The notes beneath the pieces are model-generated. The model did no database searches. It was not told the origin of the DNA and saw only the letters and a list, made by a program, of their open reading frames with translations. 64,000 nt of DNA from Haplodiscus bocki (Eukaryota): contig OZ296649.1 in NCBI GenBank assembly GCA_965655095.1, forward strand, positions 90,582,001 through 90,646,000. The letters run 5' to 3'. Positions 50,901-64,000 of the stretch are shown here, in pieces; position 1 is the stretch's first letter; each line of letters starts with the position of its first letter. A program made the position numbers and the translations under genes.

Positions 50901-53900
50901 ACTAACACCATTAATCAAACTTTTACCCATGTTCTTTCAGACAATATATTATAAAAAAAATTTATGGAAAGCGGTATCACACCTGTGGAGTTGTGATAAT
51001 CCGGAAACTCATATAAAAGTGAAATGACTGGTTGACAAGATAAACCAGAGTCTTTATCATCACAAGTAAGCTAAGTTTTGGGACTTCGGCTTCTGTGTTA
51101 TCAAATATTTCAGCTTTCCCATTCGATAGTTTCTTTTCAATTTTGTATACCTCCATGGCAGTCACTGGAAAGAAGGATCATCGTTGACCATAGGCTGTCT
51201 TCCACAAGCAAATTTGTGCTTTCCTCTTTGCGCTTAACTATCTCATCGAAAACATCACGTGCTTTTCTACCGAACTTCTCGTTGGAGGTTCCTCAAAGTT
51301 CGAAATTTTGCCTCATCTGGCCAGAGTGACTTTTCAGCAGATACCTGGGTTTTCCGATTGTTTGAGCAGAAAATATTTTTGATCTTTTAGGTAGGACTTG
51401 GCTCCGCCTATCTTTCAAGCAAACTCTCCGCTAATAAAATTGAGTTTTTTCTCAGCCACTTAATTTGCTGGTCAACCGATATCGTGATAGGTTCGCTATT
51501 GAGGGTGATCGTCAAAAAAACATAACGACGGTTTAATCAGCAAAAAAACTTTCATAGGTGATGTCATACCAAGAAGGCCTGCTGCGTTTGATACTGCTTT
51601 CCGTTTTCAATTTGTGAACACGTCTTTTGTGCTTTTATTAGAGATCAGAAAGTCGCTAAATTAGGATTCAAGTCTCAATGTACATTAACAGTGGTAGACA
51701 TTAGTGTGTGCGCATGTAAGAGAAATTATAGAACAGTCTGCTTCTTCGGAAACAATCAACGATTCGCATTAGACTCAGATCTGCGTGTTTGAACTTTAAA
51801 CAATGGGAGTCGGACAAAAACTCGATATAGGCCAGTTTTTTTTCAATACTTGAATCCTTTTATTTAGTTGTTGGAAAAACCGAATGTGCAATTTCTGAAG
51901 CTTGATTACCTATTTTTGCTTTGTTATTCTTGTTGCTTCTATAATCGGTTGCAAAGAACCATTCAAGTCCTAAGTTTTAGAATAAATAGAAACCATTTAT
52001 AATGTGTTCTCAAATCAATAATCATTTACTCTAATTCATTTGACAACCTGTCTATTCAGAACAGAAAAATGAAATCAAGGTCTCAATGATGAATTTTGGA
52101 AACGTTTTCAGACACCAATTTTGAGTTGCCGGTTTTTTTGTGAACGGTCACCTTATGGCTCAACAAATTGATTGCAGCTACCTCAATACGTTGACATAAG
52201 GTCCACGCTAACATGGCATGCAGAAGAATCACGTCACCATTGAAAAAAACTCTCTTCCGGGCTTACTTCAGATTGGATTTATTTGAATTCAGCCCTGTTT
52301 GTAATTGCCTTCAGACACATTTGACAACAATGGGACCTCCCTCTCCATCTCTTGCTGTTTTGCCGGGCACCCGGTGACAATTGCTAATTGCCTCGTGCGA
52401 CACCTAAGCACCAGCCTCAGCAACCACATCAACAACCTACTGATACACGTCTTTATTTGTTTCTTACTTGACTCCGAAAAACCTGATGTTGTCCTTTTGA
52501 TCATACTGTCGATTCGAATTATCATTCAACAGACTCTGCAGCTTGGTGCTGGTTGCAGGCTCCGTCGGGGTCAATGCGGTGCTCCCCAGCCACACAAACT
52601 CTGTAGCAGCGAAGATACCGCACATGAATGGCCCAATTCGATGTAAACCTGCGAGGCCTGCGGTTAGCCCCTACCAGTAAGAAAGATCCCTTATGCTCGG
52701 GAAAAACACAAACACTAACACTCTTAATCAAAATTTCAACCATGTTCTTTCAGACAATATAAATTAAAAAATATTCATGCAGAGCGGTATCACAGCTGTG
52801 GAGTTGTGACAATCTGGAAACTCATATAAAAGTGAAATGACTGGTTGACAAGATACACCAGAGTCTCTATCATCACAAGTAAGCTAAGTTTTGGAATTTC
52901 GGCTTTTGTGTTATCGAATATTTCAGCTTTCCCATTCGATAAATTCTTTTCAATTTTGTATACCTTCATGTCAGTCACTGGACAAACGGAACATCGTTGA
53001 CCAAACGCTGTCTTCTACAAGCAAATTTGTGCTTTCCTCTTTGCGCTTAACTATCTCATCGAAAATATCACGTGCTTTTCTATCGAACTTCTCGTTGGAA
53101 GTTCCTGAAAGGTCGAATTTTTTTTCTCACCTCGCCAAATTGACTTTTCAGCAGATACCTGGGTTTTCCGATTGTGTGAGCAGAAATTTTTATAGATCTT
53201 TTAGGTAGGACTTGGCTCCACCTATCTTTCAGGCAAACTTTCCGCTAATTAAATTGAGTTTTTTCTCAGCGACATAATTTGTTGGTCAACCAATAACGTG
53301 ATAGGTTCGCTATCGAGGGTGATAGTCAAAAAAACTTACCGACGGTTTAATCCGCAACAAAACCTTCATAGGTGTTGTCATACCAAGAAGGCCTGCTGCG
53401 TTTGCAAGTCTTCTCCATTTTCAATTTGTGAACACGTCTTTTGTGCTTTTATTAGAACTCAGAGGGTAGCTAAATTAGGATTCAAGTCTCAATAAACATT
53501 AACAGTGGCAGACATTAGACTGTGCGCATGTAAGAGAAATTTTAGAACACTCTGCTTTTTCGGAAACAATCAACGATTCGCATTAGACTCAGATCTGCGT
53601 GTTTGAACTTTAAACAATGGGAGTCGGACAAAAACTCGATATAGGTTAGTTTTTTTTCAGTACTTGATACCTTTTATTTAGTAGTTGGAAAAACCGAATG
53701 TGCAATTTCTGAAGCTTGATTACCTATTTTTGCTTTGTTATTCTTGTTGCTTCTATAATCGGTTGCAAAGAACCATTCAAGTCCTAAGTTTTAGAATAAA
53801 TAGAAACCATTTATAATGTGTTCTCAAATCAATAATCATTTACTCTAATTCATTTGACAACCTGTCTATTCAGAACAGAAAAATGAAATCAAGGTCTCAA

Positions 53901-56900
53901 TGATGAATTTTGGAAACGTTTTCAGACACCAATTTTGAGTTGCCGGTTTTTTTGTGAACGGTCACCTTATGGCTCAACAAATTGATTGCAGCTACCTCAA
54001 TACGTTGACATAAGGTCCACGCTAACATGGCATGCAGAAGAATCACGTCACCATTGAAAAAAACTCTCTTCCGGGCTTACTTCAGATTGGATTTATTTGA
54101 ATTCAGCCCTGTTTGTAATTGCCTTCAGACACATTTGACAACAATGGGACCTCCCTCTCCATCTCTTGCTGTTTTGCCGGGCACCCGGTGACAATTGCTA
54201 ATTGCCTCGTGCGACACCTAAGCACCAGCCTCAGCAACCACATCAACAACCTACTGATACACGTCTTTATTTGTTTCTTACTTGACTCCGAAAAACCTGA
54301 TGTTGTCCTTTTGATCATACTGTCGATTCGAATTATCATTCAACAGACTCTGCAGCTTGGTGCTGGTTGCAGGCTCCGTCGGGGTCAATGCGGTGCTCCC
54401 CAGCCACACAAACTCTGTAGCAGCGAAGATACCGCACATGAATGGCCCAATTCGATGTAAACCTGCGAGGCCTGCGGTTAGCCCCTACCAGTAAGAAAGA
54501 TCCCTTATGCTCGGGAAAAACACAAACACTAACACTCTTAATCAAAATTTCAACCATGTTCTTTCAGACAATATAAATTAAAAAATATTCATGCAGAGCG
54601 GTATCACAGCTGTGGAGTTGTGACAATCTGGAAACTCATATAAAAGTGAAATGACTGGTTGACAAGATACACCAGAGTCTCTATCATCACAAGTAAGCTA
54701 AGTTTTGGAATTTCGGCTTTTGTGTTATCGAATATTTCAGCTTTCCCATTCGATAAATTCTTTTCAATTTTGTATACCTTCATGTCAGTCACTGGACAAA
54801 CGGAACATCGTTGACCAAACGCTGTCTTCTACAAGCAAATTTGTGCTTTCCTCTTTGCGCTTAACTATCTCATCGAAAATATCACGTGCTTTTCTATCGA
54901 ACTTCTCGTTGGAAGTTCCTGAAAGGTCGAATTTTTTTTCTCACCTCGCCAAATTGACTTTTCAGCAGATACCTGGGTTTTCCGATTGTGTGAGCAGAAA
55001 TTTTTATAGATCTTTTAGGTAGGACTTGGCTCCACCTATCTTTCAGGCAAACTTTCCGCTAATTAAATTGAGTTTTTTCTCAGCGACATAATTTGTTGGT
55101 CAACCAATAACGTGATAGGTTCGCTATCGAGGGTGATAGTCAAAAAAACTTACCGACGGTTTAATCCGCAACAAAACCTTCATAGGTGTTGTCATACCAA
55201 GAAGGCCTGCTGCGTTTGCAAGTCTTCTCCATTTTCAATTTGTGAACACGTCTTTTGTGCTTTTATTAGAACTCAGAGGGTAGCTAAATTGGCATTCAAG
55301 TCCAAATGTACATTAGCAGTGGCAGACATTAGACTGTGCGAATGTAGGAGAAAATTTAGAATACTCTGCTCTTTCGGAAACAACCAACGATTCGCATAAG
55401 ACTCAGATCTGCGTGTTTGAACTTTGAACAATGGGAGTTGGACAAAAACTCGATATAGGTTAGTTTTTTTTCAGTACTTGATACCTTTTATTTAGTAGTT
55501 GGAAAAACCGAATGTGCATTTTCTGAAGCTTGAGTACTTATTTTTGCTTTGTTATTCTTGTTGCTTCTATAATCAGTTGCAAAAAACCATTCAAGTCCTA
55601 AGTTTTAGAATAAATAGAAACCTTTTATAATGTGTTCTCAAATCAATAACAGTTTACTCTAATTCATTTGACAACCTGTCTATTCAGAACAGAAAAATGA
55701 AATCAAGGTCTCAATGATGAATTTTGGAAACGTTTTCAGACACCAGTTTTGAGTTGGCGGTTTTTTCTGAACGGTCACCTTATGGCTCATCAAATTGAAT
55801 GCAGCTACCTCAATACGTTGACATAAGGTCCACGCTAACATGGCATGCAGAAGAATCACATCACCATTGATTAAAATTCTCTTCCGGGCATCCATCAAAT
55901 TGGATTTATTTGAATTCAGCCCTGTTTGTGCTAGCCTGGAGACACATTTGACAACAATGGGACCTCCCTCTCCATCTCTTGCTGTTTTGCTGGGCACCCA
56001 GTGAAAAAAGCTGATTGCCTCGTGCGACACCTAAGCACCAGCCCCAGCAACCCAAGGCCTGCTGAGTTTGCAAGTCCTTTCCGTTTTCAATTTGTGAACT
56101 TGTCTTTTGTGCTTTTATTAGAACTCAGAAAAACGCTAAATTGGGATTCAAGTCTCAATGTACATTACCAGTGGCAGACATTAGGCTGTGCGCATGTAAG
56201 AGAGAAATTAGAACACTCTGCTCCTTCTGAAATAATTAACGATTCGCATAAAACTCAGATCTGCGTGCTTGACTTTTGAACAATGGGAGTTGGACATAAA
56301 CTAGATATTGGTCAGTTTTTTTTCAATACTTGATACCTTTTATTTATTAGTTGGAAAAACCGAATGTGCTAATTCTGAAGCTTGATTACATGTTTTTGCT
56401 TCGTTATTCTTGTTGCTTCTATATTCAGTTGCAAAAAAACCATTCAAGTCTTAAGTTTTAGAATCAATGGAAAACATTTATAATGTGTTCTCAATTCAAT
56501 AATCATTTACCCTAATTCGTTTTGACAACCTGTTTATTCAGAACAGAAAAAGGAAATCAGGGTCTCAATGATAATATTTGGAAACGTTTTCAGATACTAG
56601 TTTTGAGTTGCCGGTTTTTTGTGAACGGTCACCTAATGGCTGATCAAATTGAAGGCAGCTACCTCAATACGTCGACATAAGGTCCACGCTAACATGGCAT
56701 GCGGAAGAATCATGTCACCATTGATTAAAACTCTCTTCCGGGCATCCTTCATATTGGATTTATTTGAATTCAGCCCTGTTTGTGTTTGCCTGCAGACACA
56801 TTTGACAACAATGGGACCTCCTTGTACATCTCTTGCTGTTTTGCTGGGCACCCGGTGACAAATGCTGATTGCCTCGTGCGACACCTAAGCACCAGCCTCA

Positions 56901-59900
56901 GCAACCACATCAACAACCTACTGATACACGTCTTTATTTGTTTCTTACTTGACTCCGAAAAACCTGATGTTGTCCTTTTGATCATACTGTCGATTCGAAT
57001 TATCATTCAACAGACTCTGCAGCTTGGTGCTGGTTGCAGGCTCCGTCGGGGTCAATGCGGTGCTCCCCAGCCACACAAACTCTGTAGCAGCGAAGATACC
57101 GCACATGAATGGCCCAATTCGATGTAAACCTGCGAGGCCTGCGGTTAGCCCCTACCAGTAAGAAAGATCCCTTATGCTCGGGAAAAACACAAACACTAAC
57201 ACTCTTAATCAAAATTTCAACCATGTTCTTTCAGACAATATAAATTAAAAAATATTCATGCAGAGCGGTATCACAGCTGTGGAGTTGTGACAATCTGGAA
57301 ACTCATATAAAAGTGAAATGACTGGTTGACAAGATACACCAGAGTCTCTATCATCACAAGTAAGCTAAGTTTTGGAATTTCGGCTTTTGTGTTATCGAAT
57401 ATTTCAGCTTTCCCATTCGATAAATTCTTTTCAATTTTGTATACCTTCATGTCAGTCACTGGACAAACGGAACATCGTTGACCAAACGCTGTCTTCTACA
57501 AGCAAATTTGTGCTTTCCTCTTTGCGCTTAACTATCTCATCGAAAATATCACGTGCTTTTCTATCGAACTTCTCGTTGGAAGTTCCTGAAAGGTCGAATT
57601 TTTTTTCTCACCTCGCCAAATTGACTTTTCAGCAGATACCTGGGTTTTCCGATTGTGTGACCAGAAATTTTTATAGATCTTTTAGGTAGGACTTGGCTCC
57701 ACCTATCTTTCAGGCAAACTTTCCGCTAATTAAATTGAGTTTTTTCTCAGCGACATAATTTGTTGGTCAACCAATAACGTGATAGGTTCGCTATCGAGGG
57801 TGATAGTCAAAAAAACTTACCAACGGTTTAATCCGCAACAAAACCTTCATAGGTGTTGTCATACCAAGAAGGCCTGCTGCGTTTGCAAGTCCTCTCCGTT
57901 TTCAATTTGTGAACACGTCTTTTGTGCTTTTATTAGAACTCAGAGAGTCGCTAAATTGGGATTCAAGTCCAAAAGTACATTAGCAGTGGCAGACATTAGA
58001 CTGTGCGAATGTAGGAGAAAATTTAGAATACTCTGCTCTTTCGGAAACAACCAACGATTCGCATAAGACTCAGATCTGCGTGTTTGAACTTTGAACAATG
58101 GGAGTCGGACAAAAATTCGATATAGGTTAGTTTTTTTTCAGTACTTGATACCTTTTATTTAGTAGTTGGAAAAACCGAATGTGCATTTTCTGAAGCTTGA
58201 GTACTTATTTTTGCTTTGTTATTCTTGTTGCTTCTATAATCAGTTGCAAAAAACCATTCAAGTCCTAAGTTTTAGAATAAATAGAAACCTTTTATAATGT
58301 GTTCTCAAATCAATAACAGTTTACTCTAATTCTTTTGACAACCTGTCTATTCAGAACAGAAAAATGAAATCAAGGTCTCAATGATGAATTTTGAAAACGT
58401 TTTCAGACACCAGTTTTGAGTTGCCGGTTTTTTGTGAACGGTCACCTAATGGCTGATCAAATTGAAGGCAGCTACCTCAATACGTCGACATAAGGTCCAC
58501 GCTAACATGGCTTGCGGAAGAATAATGTCACCATTGATTAAAACTCTCTTCCGGGCGTCCTTCATATTGGATTTATTTGAATTCAGCCCTGTTTGTGTTT
58601 GCCTGCAGACACATTTGACAACAATGGGACCTCCTTTTACATCTCTTGGTGTTTTGCTGGGCACCCGGTGACAAATGCTGATTGCCTCGTGCGACACCTA
58701 AGCACCACCCTCAGCAACCACATCAACAACCTACTGTTACACGTCTTTATCTGTTTCTTACTTGACTCTGAAACACCTGATGTTGTCATTTTGATCATAC
58801 TGTCGATTCGAATTAACACTCAACAGACTCTTCAGCTTGGTGATGGTTGCAAGCTTTTAAGGGTCACTGCGGTGCTCCCCAGCCACGCAAACTCTGTAGC
58901 AGCGCAAATACCGCACATGAATGGCCCATTTCGAAGCAAAACTGCGAGGCATGCGGTCAACTCTTAACAGAAAGAAGGAGACGCTAATGCTGAGGGAAAA
59001 CACAAACACTAACACCATTAATCAAATTTTCAACCATGTTCTTTTAGACAATAAATAAAAAAATATATTTATGGAAAGCGGTATTACACCTATGGATTTG
59101 TGACAATCTGGAAACTCATATAAAATTGAAAAGACTGGTTGACAAGATAAACCAGAGTATCTATCAACACAAGTAGGCTAAGGTTTGGAATTTTGGCGTT
59201 TGTGTTATTAAAATTTTCCTTTTTTCCCGGTCGATAAAATCTTTGCAACTTTGTATACCTGCTTATCAGTCACTAGAAGAAAGGAGTATCGTTGACCATA
59301 CGCTCTTTTCCACAAGCAAATTTGTGCTTTCCACTTTGCGTTGAACCATCTCATCCAAAACATCACGTGCTTTTCTAGCGAAATTCTCTTTGGAAAATCC
59401 TGAAAGGTCAAGTTTTTTTTCTCATCTCGCCAAAGTAACTTTTAAGCAGATAACTGGGTTTTCCGATTGTTTGAGCAGAAACTTTTGTTGATCTTTTAAG
59501 TAAAATATTGCTCCGCCTATCATTCAGGCAAATTCTCCGCTCATAAAAATTGTGTTTTTTTTTCAGCCAAACATCTTGTTGGTCAACCAATATAGTTATA
59601 GGTCCTCTATAGGGGGTGATAGTCAAAAAAATATACCGACGGTTTTATCCGCAACAAATCATTCATAGGTGTTGTCATACGAAGATGGCCTGCTGCGTTT
59701 GCAAGTCCTTTCCGTTTTCAATTTGTGAACACGTCTTCTGTGCTTTTTTTAAAAACTCAGAAAGTCGCTAAAATAGGATTCAAGTCTCAATGTACATTAA
59801 CAGTGGCAGACATTAGACTGTGTGCATGTACGAGAAAAATTAGAACACTTTGTTCTTCTGAAATATTTAACGATTCGCAAAAAACTCAGATCTGCCTGTT

Positions 59901-62900
59901 TGAATTTTGAACAATGGTAGTCGGACAGATTCTCGATGTTGATCAGTTTTTTTTTCAATACTTGATACCTTTTATTTAGTAGTTGCAAACCCCGAATGTG
60001 CAAATTCAGAAACTTGATTACTTGTTTTTGCTTTGTTATTCTTGTTGCTTCTATGTTCAGTTGCAAAAAACCTTTCAAGTCTTAAGTTTTCGAATAAACG
60101 GAAACCATTTAATTTGTCTTCTCAAATCAATAGCCAATTACCCTAGTTCGTTTTCACAACCTGTTTTTTCAGAACAAAAAAAATGAAATCAGGGTCTCAA
60201 TGATAAATTCTGGAAACGTTTTCAGATACCAGTTTTGAGTTGCCGGTTTTTTGTAAACGGTCAACTTATGCTTCATCAAATTGAATGCAGCTACCTCAAT
60301 ACGTCCACACAAGGTCCACGCTAACATGGCAAGCAGAAAAATCACGTCACCATTGATTAAAACTCTCTTCCGGGCATCCTTTAGAATGGATTTATTTGAT
60401 TTCAGCCCTATATGTGTTTGCCTGCAGACACATTTGACAACATTGGGACCTCCCTTTCAATCTTTTGCTGTTTTGCTGGGCACCCGGTGACAAATGCTGA
60501 TTGCCTCATGCGACACCTAAGCACCAGCCTCAGCAACCACATCAACAAACTACTGTTACACGTCTTTATCTGTTTCTGACTTGACTCTGAAAAACTTGAT
60601 GTTGTCCCTTTGATCATACTGTCGATTCGAAATAACATTGAACAGACTCGTCAGCTTGGTGCTGGTTGCAAGCTCCGTCAGGGTCACTGCGGTGCTCCCC
60701 AGCCACACAAACTCTGTAGCAGCGCAGATACCGAACATGAATGGCCCATTTCGATGCAAACCCGCAAGGCATGCGGTCAGCCCCTACCAGTAAGAAAGAC
60801 GAAACTAATGCTCAGGAAAAACACAAACACTAACACCATTAATCAAACTTTCAACCATGTTATTTTAGACAATAAATAAAAAAATATATTTATGGAAAGC
60901 GGTATCACACCTCTGGATTTGTGACAATCTGTAAACTCATATAAAATTGAAAAGACTGGTTGACAAGATAAACCAGAGTCTCTATCAACACAAGTAGGCC
61001 AAGGTTTGGAATTTTGGCGTTTGTGTTATTAAAATTTTCCTTTTTTCCCAGTCGATAAAATCTTTGCAATTTTGTATACCTCCTTATCAGTCACTAGAGG
61101 AAAGGAGTATCGTTGACCATACGCTCTTTTCCACAAGCAAATTTGTGCTTTCCACTTTGCGCTGAACCATCTCATCCAAAACATCATGTGCTTTGCTAGC
61201 GAACTTCTCTTTGGAAGTTCCTGAAAGGTCAAGATTTTTTTTCATCTCGCCAAATTGACTCTTAAGCAGATACCTGGGTTTTCCGATTGTTTGAGCAGAA
61301 ATTATTATTGATCTTTTAGGTAGGACTTGGCTCCGCCTATCATTCAGGCAAACTCGCCGCTCATAAAAATTGTGTTTTTTTTAGCCAAACATCTTGTTGG
61401 TCGACCAATATTGCGATAGGTCCTCTATAGGGGGTGATAGTCAGAAAAACATACCGACGGTTTATTCAGAAACAAAACATTCATAGGTGTTGTCATACGA
61501 AGATGGCCTGCTGCGTTTGCAAGTCCTTTCCGTTTTCAATTTGTGAACACGTCTTCTGTGCTTTTTTTAAAAACTCAGAAAGTCGCTAAAGTAGGATTCA
61601 AGTCTCAATGTACAATAACAGTGGCAGACATTAGACTGTGTGCATGTAAGAGAAAATTAGAACACTTTGCCCCTTCTGAAATAATTAACGATTCGCAAAA
61701 AAACTCAAATCTGCGTGTTTGACTTTTGAACAATGGTAATCGGACAAATTCTCGATGTTGATCAGTTTTTTTTTCAATACTTGATACCTTTTATTTAGTA
61801 GTTGGAAAAACCGAATGTGCAAATTCGGAAACTTGATTACTTATTTTTGCTTTGTTATCCTTGTTGCTTCTTTAATCAGTTGCAAAAAACCGTTCGAGTC
61901 TTAAAACTTAGAATAAATAGAAACCATTTACAATGTCTTCTCAAATCAATAATCAATTACCCTAGTTCGTTTTGACAACCTGTTTTTTGAGAACAGAAAA
62001 ACGAAATCAGTGTCTCAATGATAAATTTTGGAAACGTTTTCAGATAGCAATTTTGAGTTGCCGGTTTTTTGTAAACGGCTAACTTATGCTTCATCAAATT
62101 GAATGCAGCTACCTCAACACGTCCACACAAGGTCCACGCTAACATGGCATGCAGAAGATGCAGAAGAATCACGTCATCCTTGATTAAAACTCTCTTCCGG
62201 GCATCCATCAGATTGGGTTTATTTGAATTCAGCCCTGTTTGTGTTTGTCTGCAGACACATTCGACAACAATGGGACCACGCTCTCCAACCCTTGCTGTTT
62301 TGTTGGGCACCCGGTGACAAATGCTGATTGCTTCGTGCGACAACTAAACACCAGCCTCAGCAGCCACCTCAACAACCAACTGTAACAAGAGTTTATGGGT
62401 TTCCTACTTGACTCTGAAACACCTGATGTTGTCATTTTGATCATACTGTCGATTCGAATTAACACTCAACAGACTCTTCAGCTTGGTGATGGTTGCAAGC
62501 TTTTAAGGGTCACTGCGGTGCTCCCCAGCCACGCAAACTCTGTAGCAGCGCAAATACCGCACATGAATGGCCCATTTCGAAGCAAATCTGCGAGGCATGC
62601 GGTCAACCCTTAACAGAAAGAAAGAGACACTAATGCTGAGGGAAAACACAAACACTAACACCATGAATCAAACTTTCAACCATGTTCTTTTAGACAATAT
62701 ATAACAGAAAAAATTTATGGAAATCGGTATCACGCCTGTGGATTTGTGGCGATCTGGAAACTCATATAAAAATGAAAAGACTGGTTGACTAGATAAACCA
62801 GAGTCTCTATCATCACAAGTATGCTAAGTTTTGGAATTTTGGCGTTTGTGGTTAAAAACTTCAGCTTTCCCATCCGATTGTTTCTTTTCAATTTTGCATA

Positions 62901-64000
62901 CCTCCTTATCAGTCACTAGAAGAAAGGAGTATCGTTGACCATACGCTCTTTTCCACAAGCAAATTTGTGCTTTCCACTTTGCGCTGAACCATCTCATCCA
63001 AAACATCATGTGCTTTGCTAGCGAACTTCTCGTTGGAAGTTCCTGAAAGGTCAAGATTTTTTTTCATCTCGCCAAATTGACTCTTAAGCAGATACCTGGG
63101 TTTTCCGATTGTTTGAGCAGAAATTATTATTGATCTTTTAGGTAGGACTTGGCTCCGCCTATCATTCAGGCAAACTCGCCGCTCATAAAAATTGTGTTTT
63201 TTTTAGCCAAACATCTTGTTGGTCGACCAATTTTGCGATAGGTCCTCTATAGGGGGTGATAGTCAGAAAAACATACCGACGGTTTATTCAGAAACAAAAC
63301 ATTCATAGGTGTTGTCATACGAAGATGGCCTGCTGCGTTTGCAAGTCCTTTCCGTTTTCAATTTGTGAACACGTCTTCTGTGCTTTTTTTAAAAACTCAG
63401 AAAGTCGCTAAAGTAGGATTCAAGTCTCAATGTACAATAACAGTGGCAGACATTAGACTGTGTGCATGTAAGAGAAAATTAGAACACTTTGCCCCTTCTG
63501 AAATAATTAACGATTCGCAAAAAAACTCAAATCTGCGTGTTTGACTTTTGAACAATGGTAATCGGACAAATTCTCGATGTTGATCAGTTTTTTTTTCAAT
63601 ACTTGATACCTTTTATTTAGTAGTTGGAAAAACCGAATGTGCAAATTCGGAAACTTGATTACTTATTTTTGCTTTGTTATCCTTGTTGCTTCTTTAATCA
63701 GTTGCAAAAAACCGTTCGAGTCTTAAAACTTAGAATAAATAGAAACCATTTACAATGTCTTCTCAAATCAATAATCAATTACCCTAGTTCGTTTTGACAA
63801 CCTGTTTTTTGAGAACAGAAAAACGAAATCAGTGTCTCAATGATAAATTTTGGAAACGTTTTCAGATAGCAATTTTGAGTTGCCGGTTTTTTGTAAACGG
63901 CTAACTTATGCTTCATCAAATTGAATGCAGCTACCTCAACACGTCCACACAAGGTCCACGCTAACATGGCATGCAGAAGATGCAGAAGAATCACGTCATC
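40097..64000. repeat. LINE-derived macrosatellite, ~1814-bp unit, runs off the window end
   Basis: Anchor ca(c/g)ctgtgga-like at 40116, 41930, 43721, 45535, 47350, 49165, 50980, 52793, 54607, 57274, 59087, 60908, 62733; the same ORF set recurs in the track. Confidence 0.98.

Noticed and set aside
40097-64000. rDNA, 5S, snRNA, histone cluster or CRISPR array
   Set aside because: No such motifs recognised; the unit is accounted for by LINE sequence and there are no unique spacers
1-64000. Remaining short ORFs in the track as genes
   Set aside because: All are 167 aa or shorter, many with alternative starts, and are either transposon relics or unrecognisable

Overview
AT-rich, repeat-saturated eukaryotic (probably invertebrate) DNA. 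I see no intact protein-coding gene, rRNA, tRNA or CRISPR array. Positions 1-39,000 are a nested transposon graveyard containing at least seven independently decayed fragments of one protein-primed family-B DNA polymerase (pPolB, Polinton/adintovirus type). Four copies sit just downstream of a shared terminus (CAGAGGCGAAGC-nnn-GCTTCGC hairpin) and a fifth has that end truncated. One copy (25096-34311) can be followed from that 5' end through the polymerase (middle part replaced) to a hairpin plus a matching inverted 3' end, with no integrase, capsid, ATPase or protease. This suggests a solo-pPolB mobile element with Helentron-like ends and is the best candidate for a novel system here. Also present: a near-identical 786-bp inverted repeat (16453-17238/19901-20688) on otherwise old copies, decayed LINEs (one near full length with PHD and CCHC motifs in ORF1, inserted inside pPolB), Gypsy/BEL/pogo relics, HINE-like elements and a fused MITE pair. 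From about 40100 to the window end is a ~1.81-kb-unit tandem array (13 unit starts) amplified from the 5' half of a dead CR1/L2-like LINE. All protein assignments come from by-eye motif recognition across frameshifts and need profile searches to confirm.
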